From Histomonas meleagridis 2922-C6/04-290x (Eukaryota; Protista; Parabasalia), in assembly GCA_020184695.1 (NCBI GenBank), contig JAANOX010000104.1, positions 1 to 64,000 of the forward strand: DNA of 64,000 bases, in the 5' to 3' direction. Below are positions 43,733 through 54,811 of this stretch, in pieces. The translations under genes and the position numbers were made by a program. The notes beneath the pieces are model-generated. The model was not told the origin of the DNA. It was given only the letters and a program-made list of their open reading frames with translations, and searched no databases. Position 1 is the stretch's first letter, and the number at the start of each line of letters is the position of its first letter.

Positions 43733-44952
43733 ATGATATATTATTCCTTTGTAATTAAAAATAATAATGTAGATTTATTTTTGAATATTATAAAAGAAAT
43801 ATGAGCATTTGAAGAGAGTAATAAAATCAAATCCAATATATTTGAGATATTTGGGCAATTTCTTAATAATAAACATACAGATGAATCATCTTTTCTTCTT
43901 GAAGCTATGATTGAACATAATTTTATTGAACCAAACATTGTAAAAAACAACCAGAGTGCTTATTTTGTACATTATATGTCTAAAGATAAATTAGCAATCT
44001 ATTTAAGGGATCAATCATTCTTATATACCTTTCCAAATTATGAAGAACTTTCAAAGAATGATTGGGAACTTCATAAAAAATTTTTTTAAAAAGGAGCTAA
44101 TCCAAATGAAATTGCAATAATAATTCTAAATGATGAAATCGATTTCAAGAAATATTATCACAAACAAATTTTGATTTTAATCAAATAATCGAACCATCAC
44201 TTCATGAAAGATGTTCATTTATTAAAGATAATGTTTTATTAATTGATTATGCAGGATTTTTTTCTTCAGTTAAATGTTTTAAATATTTACTTATGAATGG
44301 TTCTGATATAGAAACTGGTAAATATGCTGTTGCAGGTGGAAATAAAGAAATTATTCATTTGTGTGAACAAAATCATTCATCATTTGATGGTGCATATGAA
44401 ACAGCAATTGAGTTTCATCGAAATGATATCTTTAAATATATTTATGAAAATAAATTAAAAGAAATTAATAATTTAGAAGAATTAGAAAAGCTTTGTATTT
44501 TATATCACAACCATGAAATATTTTTATTTTTAATTAAAGAGGGAATGAAAATCAATGATGATATTATTAATGAAGCAGCAATTATTGGAAATATTTTTTT
44601 AGTTGAATGTTTTCTTAAAGAGCATTCAATTCGGTATGATATTGGTATTTTCAGCAGGAAATATTGAACATGTTGAATATGTTTTAAAACAAAAAGGAAT
44701 TGATATTAATGGTAAAGATATTTATTTGTTTTATTTGATATTTATTATAATAATTTGATATTTCAAAATATTATTTGAAAATTATTTAATTTATTTAAAA
44801 CAGCACTTATTAAAGCATCTCAAAATGGTTATACAGAAACAGTTAAATTACTTCTTGAACAAGAAGGAATTGATATTAATGCCAATAATATTTATTTGTT
44901 TTATTTGAAATTTATTATAATAATTTGATATTTCATAATAATATTTGGAAAC
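43733..44952 (+). pseudogene. Ankyrin/DUF3447 pseudogene with an 80-nt insert (44720-44799) and a truncated second insert from 44890
   Basis: Same core (IDYAGFFSSVKCFKYLLMNG, YAVAGGNKEIIHLCEQ) with an in-frame TGA at 43802 and several frameshifts. Confidence 0.8.
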
Positions 44953-45864
44953 TAATTACACAATTGCAGACCAATTACGATCATATTTAAATTTAATACA
45001 GAGGTTCAACACTCATAATGAAATAAAAATTTTTTAAAATAAAAATATTTTGTTTTTTTCTTGAATAATTATAAAATAAGATATAAAATTAAAAACAAAA
45101 AAAAATTTAGACAACAAAATTATAAAATATCTTTTTTTTTTTTAATTTTGATATTCAATTAGAATTATCAAATATTTTTTTTTTCATTTGAACTTTGTTA
45201 ATGTATCCAAACTTTGTTTTGGAACCGTAAAAGCTATTATCACTTAAAATTAGATAATTAATAATATCAAATAGGTAATGTTCTCTAACGATGGCTATAT
45301 TCGGAGCTATTGAACCTTGAATCATCAAACCAGCACAATAAAAAGCACTTTTGTTGTTTGATGAGACTGTTGCTTTTTCTAGAGCCATAATTTTTCGATG
45401 AAACAAACCAACCGATGATCCTTTCTTGTTTAATTAGAAAATGGAACTTAAAGAAAGAAAAAATAAAATTAAAAATTCTAAAAATATAAAGAAAATAATT
45501 AAAATTAATTTCCAAAATTGAATTCTTTCTATTAATAATAATAGAAAAGATGATTATACACACTATGTATTTATTATTAGAGATCCAATTCATTTCATTT
45601 TATGTGAAACAATAGTTGAACGATGTTATTCATCTGAACATATTTGTTCGATGAAAAGATGAAAATTTGCTCTTGTTTTAACTAAGTTTTCTTATATTGT
45701 TTGAATTAGCATTAAACAATAGAAGATTGAATTTCTTGTATAATCACAGTTTTTACTCAAGAACTTATGAATAATCATTAAACTTTAATCCAATAAATAA
45801 ATTTTATTTTTTACATGAATACAAAATATCATTTTTTCCATTACAAAAAATAAGTCAATATGTT

Positions 45865-48800
45865 TTATTCATTTTCCATTCCAATACTATTGGTTATTGC
45901 GGTTGTTAACTTCTCTCTCATAATTTCAACAGTTTCATACTTAGGAACTAAAATTCTTTTGAAACAAGTTACAGCAGAAGGATAAAAGTTTAAAGGATTA
46001 TCATTGAACTCGACATATATAGCAAAGTTTGGGAAATCATTAAAATTTGGATGCGAAGGCTGAGCAATTGTAAAAGTCAAGAATTTTGTCATCAATTCTT
46101 TATCGAATTCTTCCAAAACAGTTATAAATGAATTTTTCAATTTTTCATTTTCATTAATAAATATCAAATGTTCAATAATTCCTTTTTTATCAATATTATT
46201 TGCACAACATAAATATTTAAGTAATCCATCACTTAATAATTTTGGATCATTAATATTTTGATTCGACCAAAATCCATTCCGAATTAACAAAAGCCATTTT
46301 TCGATAGATTTAATTCTTATATCAATTACAATCCTTTCATATACATCAATAAATTCTTTATCAATCGGTTTATCAATAGGAAATCCATTAATTAATTTCG
46401 AAGAATTATCCCAATCATTATAAACCCAAAAATGACCAAAAGAATTTTTATTATTTTTCATATTTTCAATTTCATTCTTTAACATAATATCATTTTCATA
46501 TATATCATTCATTGTTAACGATTTTCCAGATAAAAATTTCCAAACAAAATCTGGAAATCGAATATTTTGTGGTAATGATAATCGAATTATTGAACCTAAA
46601 ATAATACCAAATGCATAAAATATATCTTCTAAATCTTTATTAGGATTTGTAGGATAAGGAATTACATCATAAGTTTTTGATCCAATAAAATTAGGAGCAA
46701 CTATACATAATCCTGTTTTAATATTTAAAAATGAATCAGCTGCCATCATTACTGTTTGATATGTTACACCTCCATCATCAAAAGCTTTATCATTTTTGAA
46801 CCTTATTCCCCATATTGGAAATTGATATCGTCTTGCGATTTGTCTAATTTTTCGCGAAAATTGATATATCATACTATCTTTAACATTATTTGAATGACCA
46901 ATAATAAATTCATTTGCTTTAAAAGCATCATATTCGATTTTGTGTAGAGTAAAGAGTTGATATATTCTTTTCATTTTAGGTTCAATTTCGCGTGTGATTT
47001 GTAATATAGAACATCGACTTTTATATTGTATTAAATTCGAATTTTCGTTTATAAGTTTTAACATTTCTTTTTCAATGTTATTTCGTTCTTTATTATTAAT
47101 TTTTAGATATAATGAATTAATTATATATAAAAGAACTGCTTTACATTGTACTGTAATTATTCCAAATTTTTTTATGAGTTTTCTCATTTCAAGTGTTTGG
47201 AATTTAAATGAATTGAAATCTTCATGAATAAAATCAAATGTTGAACATTGAGAAAGAAATTCATTTGTGTCTTCATCTTTCCATTCTATTGCAAATTTTT
47301 TAATACAACTTTCGAATCTATTTAAATCTTTTACTTCATTTTTCTTTAAAATTCGATAAACTTTAACATTAACTTCTTTTATATCATTTGAATTCCAATT
47401 AATAAATTTTATATTATTTGGATCTAAAACATATTCAATAACTTCTTTTGAATTATACGTTTTAGATGAAATTTTTTCTTTATTGTCTTCATTCGAAGAT
47501 ATTATTACTTGAATTTTATTTGAACAAGTAAATGTTAATATATATAAAACTTTTTCTTTATTTGGATTTGTAATTTTTATATAATTATTTTTAACTTCAT
47601 AAGGACATTCATCTTTTTTACACATTTTATATCTTATACATTTTGTAACAGATTCATAAATAGTAATAAAATCCCAAAATGGAAAATTATCTAAATGATT
47701 ATAATGTTTTATTAATTGAAATATATGAAATAAAGTTTTTGGTTTTAAATTCTCTTTAAGTAAATCAATATCTAAAATATCATTTTTATAGTAACATTTT
47801 TTAGAAAATGCTGTTAAACCCATTCGTTCTTTTTCTGTTTTTAAGAATATATTTAAGTAATCATTGTTTGGATTATTTTTTGTTAAATATATTAAATGAT
47901 TTAAATAAAATTGGTTATAATCATTTGGTGTGAAATCTAATTTTCTTTGTATATAACATAGAAATTCTGGAAGAAACTTTTTAATCATTGGTGAATCTAT
48001 TATCCAACAATCAATCAATGCAAGTTTTACATTAATACGTTGTTCTGAAGTAGTACAATATTCACTAAATATCCATAACATAAATAAAAATATTATTGGA
48101 GTATTAATTATCCAATTTCCATAATTATCCATTTTAATTATTCCTTTTGAATCATCTGAAAATGTTATTACGTAATCATTTTCTTTTGGTTGGAAATTTT
48201 GTGCATCTTTTGGTGGAATAAAAATGAAATCTCTTTTATAAAGAAGATTATGATATTTATAATCACCAGCCATTTTTACAAGTTCTTTTCCAAAAGAATC
48301 CATAAATTCTTTTGTTGTGATGAGTTTTTTAATAGCAAGATATATAAATTGAAAATATTTGTTTTGAAGTAAACTATTAGAACAGTTTTGGAAAAATCCT
48401 AAATCAAGATTAAATGGGAATTTTTCATTTATAATTTTAAGTTTTTCTGATCCTATAAGTGATATAATTGCAGATCGTATAAATAATAATTGGATTTTTT
48501 CATTAATCGATTCAATATTATATAATATCATTAATGAAATTAAAACGCTTTTTAATTGATCACACATTTTAATTTCAATGTTTTCATTTAATGATGATAA
48601 TGTATCTATTGATAAATTAAATTTTTTCATCATATCAATTTGCATAGAATCAGCTTCTTTGAAATAAAATGAATTATATTTTTCTCTATTAAGTTTTGAT
48701 TTATTAATATGAATTATTTCATTAGAAGTTACATCTATAATATCACTTAAATATATGTTGAGATCATATGTAAAAACATTTGTTTTTTCTTCAGATTTCA

Positions 48801-51800
48801 TTACATCGATTTGGATTTTATTAAAAGATTGAATAATAAATTCAATAACAGTTATATTATCAGCATAAAACTCAAAGCCATTAATTCCAATTTTTTTATT
48901 ATCGAAATCATAATCAATCAAAATATTATTTTCGAAAATATCAATTTTTTTATCAGTACCACATATTATACCTGATGGAAATTCAACATATATATCACTT
49001 TTATTCCTAAACACAATATAACATTTATCATCGCATTTAATATCCAAAACAAAATATTTATATTTCGTTAAACCATATGCAATTAAATGACACCAACCAT
49101 TTTGTTCAATTCTACAAATATCTGGATTATTATTTTCTAAGAATTTTTGATGATATGTTTTATTCTTTTGATTATCTTCATAATGTTTCATTTTTTCTCC
49201 GAGAATTTTATTTTTTATAATATTTTTCATAAAACAATAGTTATAATAATCAGAAAATGGTTTCATTGAAAATGCAATTGAGTTAACATCAATAATATTA
49301 TAAATATTTACATTTTCTTCATAGATATAACGAATTAATGTTTGAATATATAACTTATTTAAAAATGGAATTTCAGGATTTAAACATATATTCTTAAATG
49401 ATAAAATTTTCTCAAAATCTATAAAATTCTTTAAGTTAAGCTTTTCTCCTTGATCTGTTTCATAAATCTTTTTTTCTGTGAAAGGAACACGTTGACTATT
49501 CGGAGTTACTGGAACTTTTAAACATTTTTTACCTAAATCTTTAATACTTAACCATTTTCCTTCTTCATTTCTAAATACAAATGGTTCATCAAGTTCAGTT
49601 CCATCTGAAGCAACAACAGCAAAAAAAAGATGAATTAAACTAATTGGAGATTTATTCGTAATTTGATAAAAAATCGATTCAGTAACAATAGAAATATCTG
49701 ATTTTTGATTTAAAAGTTCACGAAATTCATATATAATTAATGAAAATGTAGAAGACACATAGTACAATTGAAGCCATCTCTTATCAAATTTTATAACTTT
49801 ATTTAAATAGTATATACATTCTTCTACATCTAAAGTAGTTTGATTCTTTATTATATCAAAAAAAAGTTTTACTAACGATTTATGATATATCCATTCATTT
49901 ATACTTAATATTTTATCAAGAATTTCTTTGGCATTACAATTATGAAATGCATTATCCGAGAAATTAAAAACGATCATGATAAAATATTCATATGTTTCAG
50001 GTTGATAAATTTCTTTTATTATAGTATTTGTTTCGATTGCTAATCCAATAATAGTTATTACAATAGGAAGACTATTTGTATGAATATATCCTCTTAAACG
50101 ATTTAATATTTCAACAGCTAAATTATGTAAACTTTTACATGTTCCAAAAATTGTATATAAAGCTTCTAATCCTGAAAGTATTCCAAATCTTTGAATCGAA
50201 TCAAGTAAAAATTCACAAACATTTCTAAATATTGATACTTCATTATTATTTAAATATTTTAAAGGTAATAAATAATCAAGTTTTTTATATGATTTAATTC
50301 GTAATAACCCATTTATTATTAATATTGCGAAACTTTCATTTTTTATCAGATTTTGACAAATAAATCCAATTTTAGTGAAACCATCTTTTATAATTTGGAT
50401 CCTTAATGGTAATAAATTTAATGTTTTATAAAATAATTCGGGATCATTATTCTTAATAAAGTTTTCAAGTTTTTTCAAATATTCATCTTGTACATTTGGA
50501 TTGTTCATAAAATCTTTTAAAGATGGACTAAGTCTATTTAATGTGAGAATATTAATCACAAGTTGATATACTTTATTCTCATCTCCACTTCTTTTAATAT
50601 ATAGAAAATAATTACTTTCTTTTATTACCCATGACACAATTTTCCTCATTTCCTTAGTTACATTATTTTTAGATTTTTCTAAAAGAAACACATCAAAAAT
50701 ATTAAATTGATTTAAAACAGCAGCTAAAAGAAGCTTACTAATGAATTTTATTTGTTTTAATTTCAAATTTGGGAATTTTTTTTGAAGAAATTCAAACATT
50801 TGATCATAATCTTCTGAAATAAAACGAATAATATTTTTTTGAAAAAAAAGAGCAAAATAATCATTTTTATAACTAGATAAATAATCATCATAATTTAGAA
50901 TTCTTATATTAGCATTGTGATAATTAGATTTGAATAACCATAAATATTCGATTTCATTCTTAAAAATTCCTTTTCCACTTATTAAATTTTTTAGTGCAGT
51001 TATATAATTTATTAAAAAGAAAAAGATATCAATTAACCCCATGTTAAATCCAATAAAATTATAAATTTCAAATATATCTTGAGCATAACAACTTGTAACT
51101 TTAGTAGAAATTGCATATGAAGAAAGTAATGGAGGAGAAAGTGCATAAAAATTAATAAATAAAGTTGATATAATTGGATCATAAGTGATATTCTTATGTA
51201 AAATAGTCAAGTTTTTAAGGATTTTTTTATAATTTTTATTTAAAATTTCAATATAATCACATATATTTTCGATTTTTTTATCGAATATCATCGAATCTTT
51301 TTTAATATCTTCTACAACAGAATCAATCAAATTTTCTTGACATATAAGAAAATAATCAACTAGCCAACAATTATCTATTGTTGATTGATTTTCCCAATGA
51401 GTTCCAAATAAATTTTCTAAAAATTCATTGTTAATAAAAATCTTTGATGAAAGTTTCGAATACCAAAGTTGACGAAGGACCCAATCTAAATAAGATGAAT
51501 ACATATTTATGTTTTCATTATTTGAAAACAATATTCTCAAGAAATAAAGAAATTCACACGAATTTGAATCATAAAACAAATCGACATTATTTATAATTAC
51601 ACCAAAAATTAAGTTTTTCGTTTCTTTATCTGAAATATTAATATAATCTATTAAATATTGTTTAATAATTTGTGCCACTTTTTGGCAACGATGTTTTGTT
51701 AAGTTTAAATCTAAAAGAAGAAGAAGTGCTTTTAAAAGTTCTTTATTTGGATCAATTTCCATAATTAATTGGACAAATTCAATTATTTGATTTTCATCTT

Positions 51801-53169
51801 TTAAAATTAGTTTTTTAGGAATTACACGTGAAAAAGATAAATTCAACATTTTATCAAAGAGAATTTGATCAAAAGTTTTATTATTAATTTTTTGAAAATA
51901 TGAATCATTTAATAAAATATTAGTAGCACCTTTACAAGAATAAGAAGTAATTATATGTTTATCATTAACTTTTGTTGCAACAAATATAACTTCATGATAT
52001 GAATTAATTGTTGCTGATTCTATTTCATCATTTATTTCTTTATATATATTATTATTTGATGAAATTGTTCCATCTAATAAAGAAGTCATTACAAAACTTT
52101 TATTTTTATTTAAAACGGAGATTATCATTCCATTTGTTATATAAATAAAATCATTGTTTACTTTTTTGAAAACTTCTTTCAAAGGAAAATCAAATTTTTT
52201 AGTTAATTTATCATTACTAAACGTAATTGAGTTATTATCATGAAATAATAAATAAGTTGAACCATTTGAACACCCTGCTATAATATTGTTATTTTCGTCT
52301 TCTATTATTTCAATAGGATTTAAATTATCATTTTCGATATCAGATAAAAGAAACTTAATTTCTTTAGATTTTGATATAATATGTAAATATAAAATAGAAC
52401 AAAACATAATGGAATTAGTATCAACAATATCATAAATATTTAAATTTACCTCTTTGGGTTCATCAATTATTGTTCCATTATAAATTTTATATATCAATAA
52501 ATTTTTTTCTTGATTTATAATAAATAAATGCATATCACTACTACACATGCAATGAATAAAAATTGAAGATTTCGTTGTTATTGATGAAATTGGCTGAGAG
52601 AAATCATAAGCAATAGGAATACTAATGTGTGAATTTTGAATTTTTTCTAAAAATTTTGAAGTAATTAAATTGGTTACTTTTAGAAACCTTTTATTAATCT
52701 CAGTTTCTTCAATTGCAGAATTTAAACATATTTCTTTAATTAGAGATCTCATTTGATTAAGTTCCTTTAATAAAATTGTAATTTTATCGATTGTTAATTC
52801 ATTAGAACTTTCAAGTTGAACAATTGGTATGTCAAGAAAATGAAGAGATTTAAAGAACCTCCTGTGTTTACTCCGAGAAATTGCAAGCTTTTGGCAAAAG
52901 TTCATGTTTTCAATATATACAAATAAATCAATATAATTTTTTTTGTGAACGTACATTTCATGAATGCTTGACCACCGGATAGTTGAACGAATCATATTAT
53001 GAGGCGAATCACATAATTGAGGTGCTGATGTTGCGATAAAAAGATTACAATAAATGTTCACTGGCGTTTCTTCTTCAAAACCTTTTTGATGAAATGATGC
53101 TTCTTTGTACTTATCGTGGTGAAATAAAAAGCATTTTTGATTGTCCAAGGAATCGTTTTTTTGTTTCAA
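45865..53169 (-). CDS. Large HECT-domain E3 ubiquitin ligase
   Basis: C-terminal HECT: FKNDKAFDDGG..Q, LIRNGFW, FLTFTIA, YPSAVTCFKRILVPKY (catalytic Cys). The track start is TTG; first ATG at 52995. Confidence 0.9.
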   Translation of the reverse strand: MKQKNDSLDNQKCFLFHHDKYKEASFHQKGFEEETPVNIYCNLFIATSAPQLCDSPHNMIRSTIRWSSIHEMYVHKKNYIDLFVYIENMNFCQKLAISRSKHRRFFKSLHFLDIPIVQLESSNELTIDKITILLKELNQMRSLIKEICLNSAIEETEINKRFLKVTNLITSKFLEKIQNSHISIPIAYDFSQPISSITTKSSIFIHCMCSSDMHLFIINQEKNLLIYKIYNGTIIDEPKEVNLNIYDIVDTNSIMFCSILYLHIISKSKEIKFLLSDIENDNLNPIEIIEDENNNIIAGCSNGSTYLLFHDNNSITFSNDKLTKKFDFPLKEVFKKVNNDFIYITNGMIISVLNKNKSFVMTSLLDGTISSNNNIYKEINDEIESATINSYHEVIFVATKVNDKHIITSYSCKGATNILLNDSYFQKINNKTFDQILFDKMLNLSFSRVIPKKLILKDENQIIEFVQLIMEIDPNKELLKALLLLLDLNLTKHRCQKVAQIIKQYLIDYINISDKETKNLIFGVIINNVDLFYDSNSCEFLYFLRILFSNNENINMYSSYLDWVLRQLWYSKLSSKIFINNEFLENLFGTHWENQSTIDNCWLVDYFLICQENLIDSVVEDIKKDSMIFDKKIENICDYIEILNKNYKKILKNLTILHKNITYDPIISTLFINFYALSPPLLSSYAISTKVTSCYAQDIFEIYNFIGFNMGLIDIFFFLINYITALKNLISGKGIFKNEIEYLWLFKSNYHNANIRILNYDDYLSSYKNDYFALFFQKNIIRFISEDYDQMFEFLQKKFPNLKLKQIKFISKLLLAAVLNQFNIFDVFLLEKSKNNVTKEMRKIVSWVIKESNYFLYIKRSGDENKVYQLVINILTLNRLSPSLKDFMNNPNVQDEYLKKLENFIKNNDPELFYKTLNLLPLRIQIIKDGFTKIGFICQNLIKNESFAILIINGLLRIKSYKKLDYLLPLKYLNNNEVSIFRNVCEFLLDSIQRFGILSGLEALYTIFGTCKSLHNLAVEILNRLRGYIHTNSLPIVITIIGLAIETNTIIKEIYQPETYEYFIMIVFNFSDNAFHNCNAKEILDKILSINEWIYHKSLVKLFFDIIKNQTTLDVEECIYYLNKVIKFDKRWLQLYYVSSTFSLIIYEFRELLNQKSDISIVTESIFYQITNKSPISLIHLFFAVVASDGTELDEPFVFRNEEGKWLSIKDLGKKCLKVPVTPNSQRVPFTEKKIYETDQGEKLNLKNFIDFEKILSFKNICLNPEIPFLNKLYIQTLIRYIYEENVNIYNIIDVNSIAFSMKPFSDYYNYCFMKNIIKNKILGEKMKHYEDNQKNKTYHQKFLENNNPDICRIEQNGWCHLIAYGLTKYKYFVLDIKCDDKCYIVFRNKSDIYVEFPSGIICGTDKKIDIFENNILIDYDFDNKKIGINGFEFYADNITVIEFIIQSFNKIQIDVMKSEEKTNVFTYDLNIYLSDIIDVTSNEIIHINKSKLNREKYNSFYFKEADSMQIDMMKKFNLSIDTLSSLNENIEIKMCDQLKSVLISLMILYNIESINEKIQLLFIRSAIISLIGSEKLKIINEKFPFNLDLGFFQNCSNSLLQNKYFQFIYLAIKKLITTKEFMDSFGKELVKMAGDYKYHNLLYKRDFIFIPPKDAQNFQPKENDYVITFSDDSKGIIKMDNYGNWIINTPIIFLFMLWIFSEYCTTSEQRINVKLALIDCWIIDSPMIKKFLPEFLCYIQRKLDFTPNDYNQFYLNHLIYLTKNNPNNDYLNIFLKTEKERMGLTAFSKKCYYKNDILDIDLLKENLKPKTLFHIFQLIKHYNHLDNFPFWDFITIYESVTKCIRYKMCKKDECPYEVKNNYIKITNPNKEKVLYILTFTCSNKIQVIISSNEDNKEKISSKTYNSKEVIEYVLDPNNIKFINWNSNDIKEVNVKVYRILKKNEVKDLNRFESCIKKFAIEWKDEDTNEFLSQCSTFDFIHEDFNSFKFQTLEMRKLIKKFGIITVQCKAVLLYIINSLYLKINNKERNNIEKEMLKLINENSNLIQYKSRCSILQITREIEPKMKRIYQLFTLHKIEYDAFKANEFIIGHSNNVKDSMIYQFSRKIRQIARRYQFPIWGIRFKNDKAFDDGGVTYQTVMMAADSFLNIKTGLCIVAPNFIGSKTYDVIPYPTNPNKDLEDIFYAFGIILGSIIRLSLPQNIRFPDFVWKFLSGKSLTMNDIYENDIMLKNEIENMKNNKNSFGHFWVYNDWDNSSKLINGFPIDKPIDKEFIDVYERIVIDIRIKSIEKWLLLIRNGFWSNQNINDPKLLSDGLLKYLCCANNIDKKGIIEHLIFINENEKLKNSFITVLEEFDKELMTKFLTFTIAQPSHPNFNDFPNFAIYVEFNDNPLNFYPSAVTCFKRILVPKYETVEIMREKLTTAITNSIGMENE

Positions 53170-54153
53170 GTTGAATTTTGAGTTGAAAATTCACATAAAA
53201 GTGACAAAATCATGAGGTTCTGTACAGAAATTTTTCATTTGAATCATTTACTTATTAGGGTGGTGCAATTGATGAGTTATAACTCATGCTTCAACAAGTG
53301 CAGAATCGCATTTTGTTTGGCACAATTATTATTTTCTTGCCGGAAAAGGTGATCCATTATTGTTATCATATAAATTAAAATAAAAAATAATCGTTTGGAA
53401 GAAGACCAAATGAGAAATCAATAAAATGGAAATATTTTGATTTTGTACGTATAAAATAAAATAGAGTATAAATCACAAAATAAGTTTAACAAAATATATT
53501 TATAATAAATATAAAATATAAATGAAATCTATCGAAAATTTTTTCAATACACTAACGTCGAATATTTATAAATTAAAATACAGTCACGGACAAGTAAAAA
53601 TCCCACTGGCCGACTAAAAATACCCACATTAATTAGTATATATTAATATGTTAGTATAAATGTTGATTTTCAAACAATTCTGAACGTGAAACCTTTAGCC
53701 CGAATCTTCATTTAAAGAAATTTGATAACTTGTTGTAAAAGTGTAAATAATCTTTGAACAATATTATTGACAAATACATATAAGTTATATTGCTAATGTC
53801 TAAAATAAAAATAATAAATAAAGTACGAGTTGCCTCCAAATGTAGGCTTTCAAACATTATATATACATGATGAAAAACATATATATATATTAAAATTTAC
53901 ATTGATTTAACAAAGATTTTTAAGTTGTTGTATTCGACGGTTTATTTCCAAGACAGAATTTGAGATGAAAACGATTATGTAAACTATACATTGCATTCAA
54001 TTATAAATGAATTGACACAAAAGTGGCATTTCATATGGAATTTCAAGCAAAAATCCAAATTCATGGGAACGAATGGGAAACATTACAATATATTATGAAT
54101 TTAATATTCAAGTTAAACAAAGAAAATATCATTTTTGACACAATTACAATTAT

Positions 54154-54577
54154 TTAATTTATTTCTTCATTTTTATTTTCAATGCAACCACCTTCTTCTC
54201 TTTTAACTACTCTTAAATCTTTTAAATCACATTTATTTCCAATTCTAAAAATGTGCATCCCATAAGATGCGTTAGTTTTAATATTAATTTCAATCAAGTG
54301 CGTTATGTTTTCAAATGAGCCACAATTAGAAACATCATAAATTATTAAAATACCATGGTTTAAGTTTAATATTTGTATTATCTTCAAGTTTAATAATTTT
54401 GTTGTAAAAATCAATACGAGCTATTGACAATGCATTTCCTACGAATCTGTTGTGAATCAACCGATTGATAAAATGTGTTTTTCCTACACCAAAATCACCA
54501 AACACCGAAATTCTCAACTTCCATTTGTAAACTTCAATAAAAGTAAAGTGATTTAACGTCTTTTTTGGACTTGGCAA
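54154..54577 (-). pseudogene. Rab-like GTPase pseudogene
   Basis: GDFGVGKT and IDFYNKII in one frame; YDVSNCGSFENI and IGNKCDL in another. G3 and G5 are lost. Confidence 0.8.
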
Positions 54578-54811
54578 CTTTTATAATGTTGCTGAAAGAC
54601 TTTGTAATATAATTTTTAAAGAAAAATATTATTACCTTAAGATGTGATTACCTTTTATATCATTTAATTTTCGATATTACGTCTTTTGACTTTTTTTTTG
54701 AGATTTCACAATTTCAAATTTACCCCAAAATGTAAAACATTTTATTTCATAAAGCGGTCAACAAACAAAAAATTAATATATTTTTCATATTTAGAATCAA
54801 AGTCAAATATT

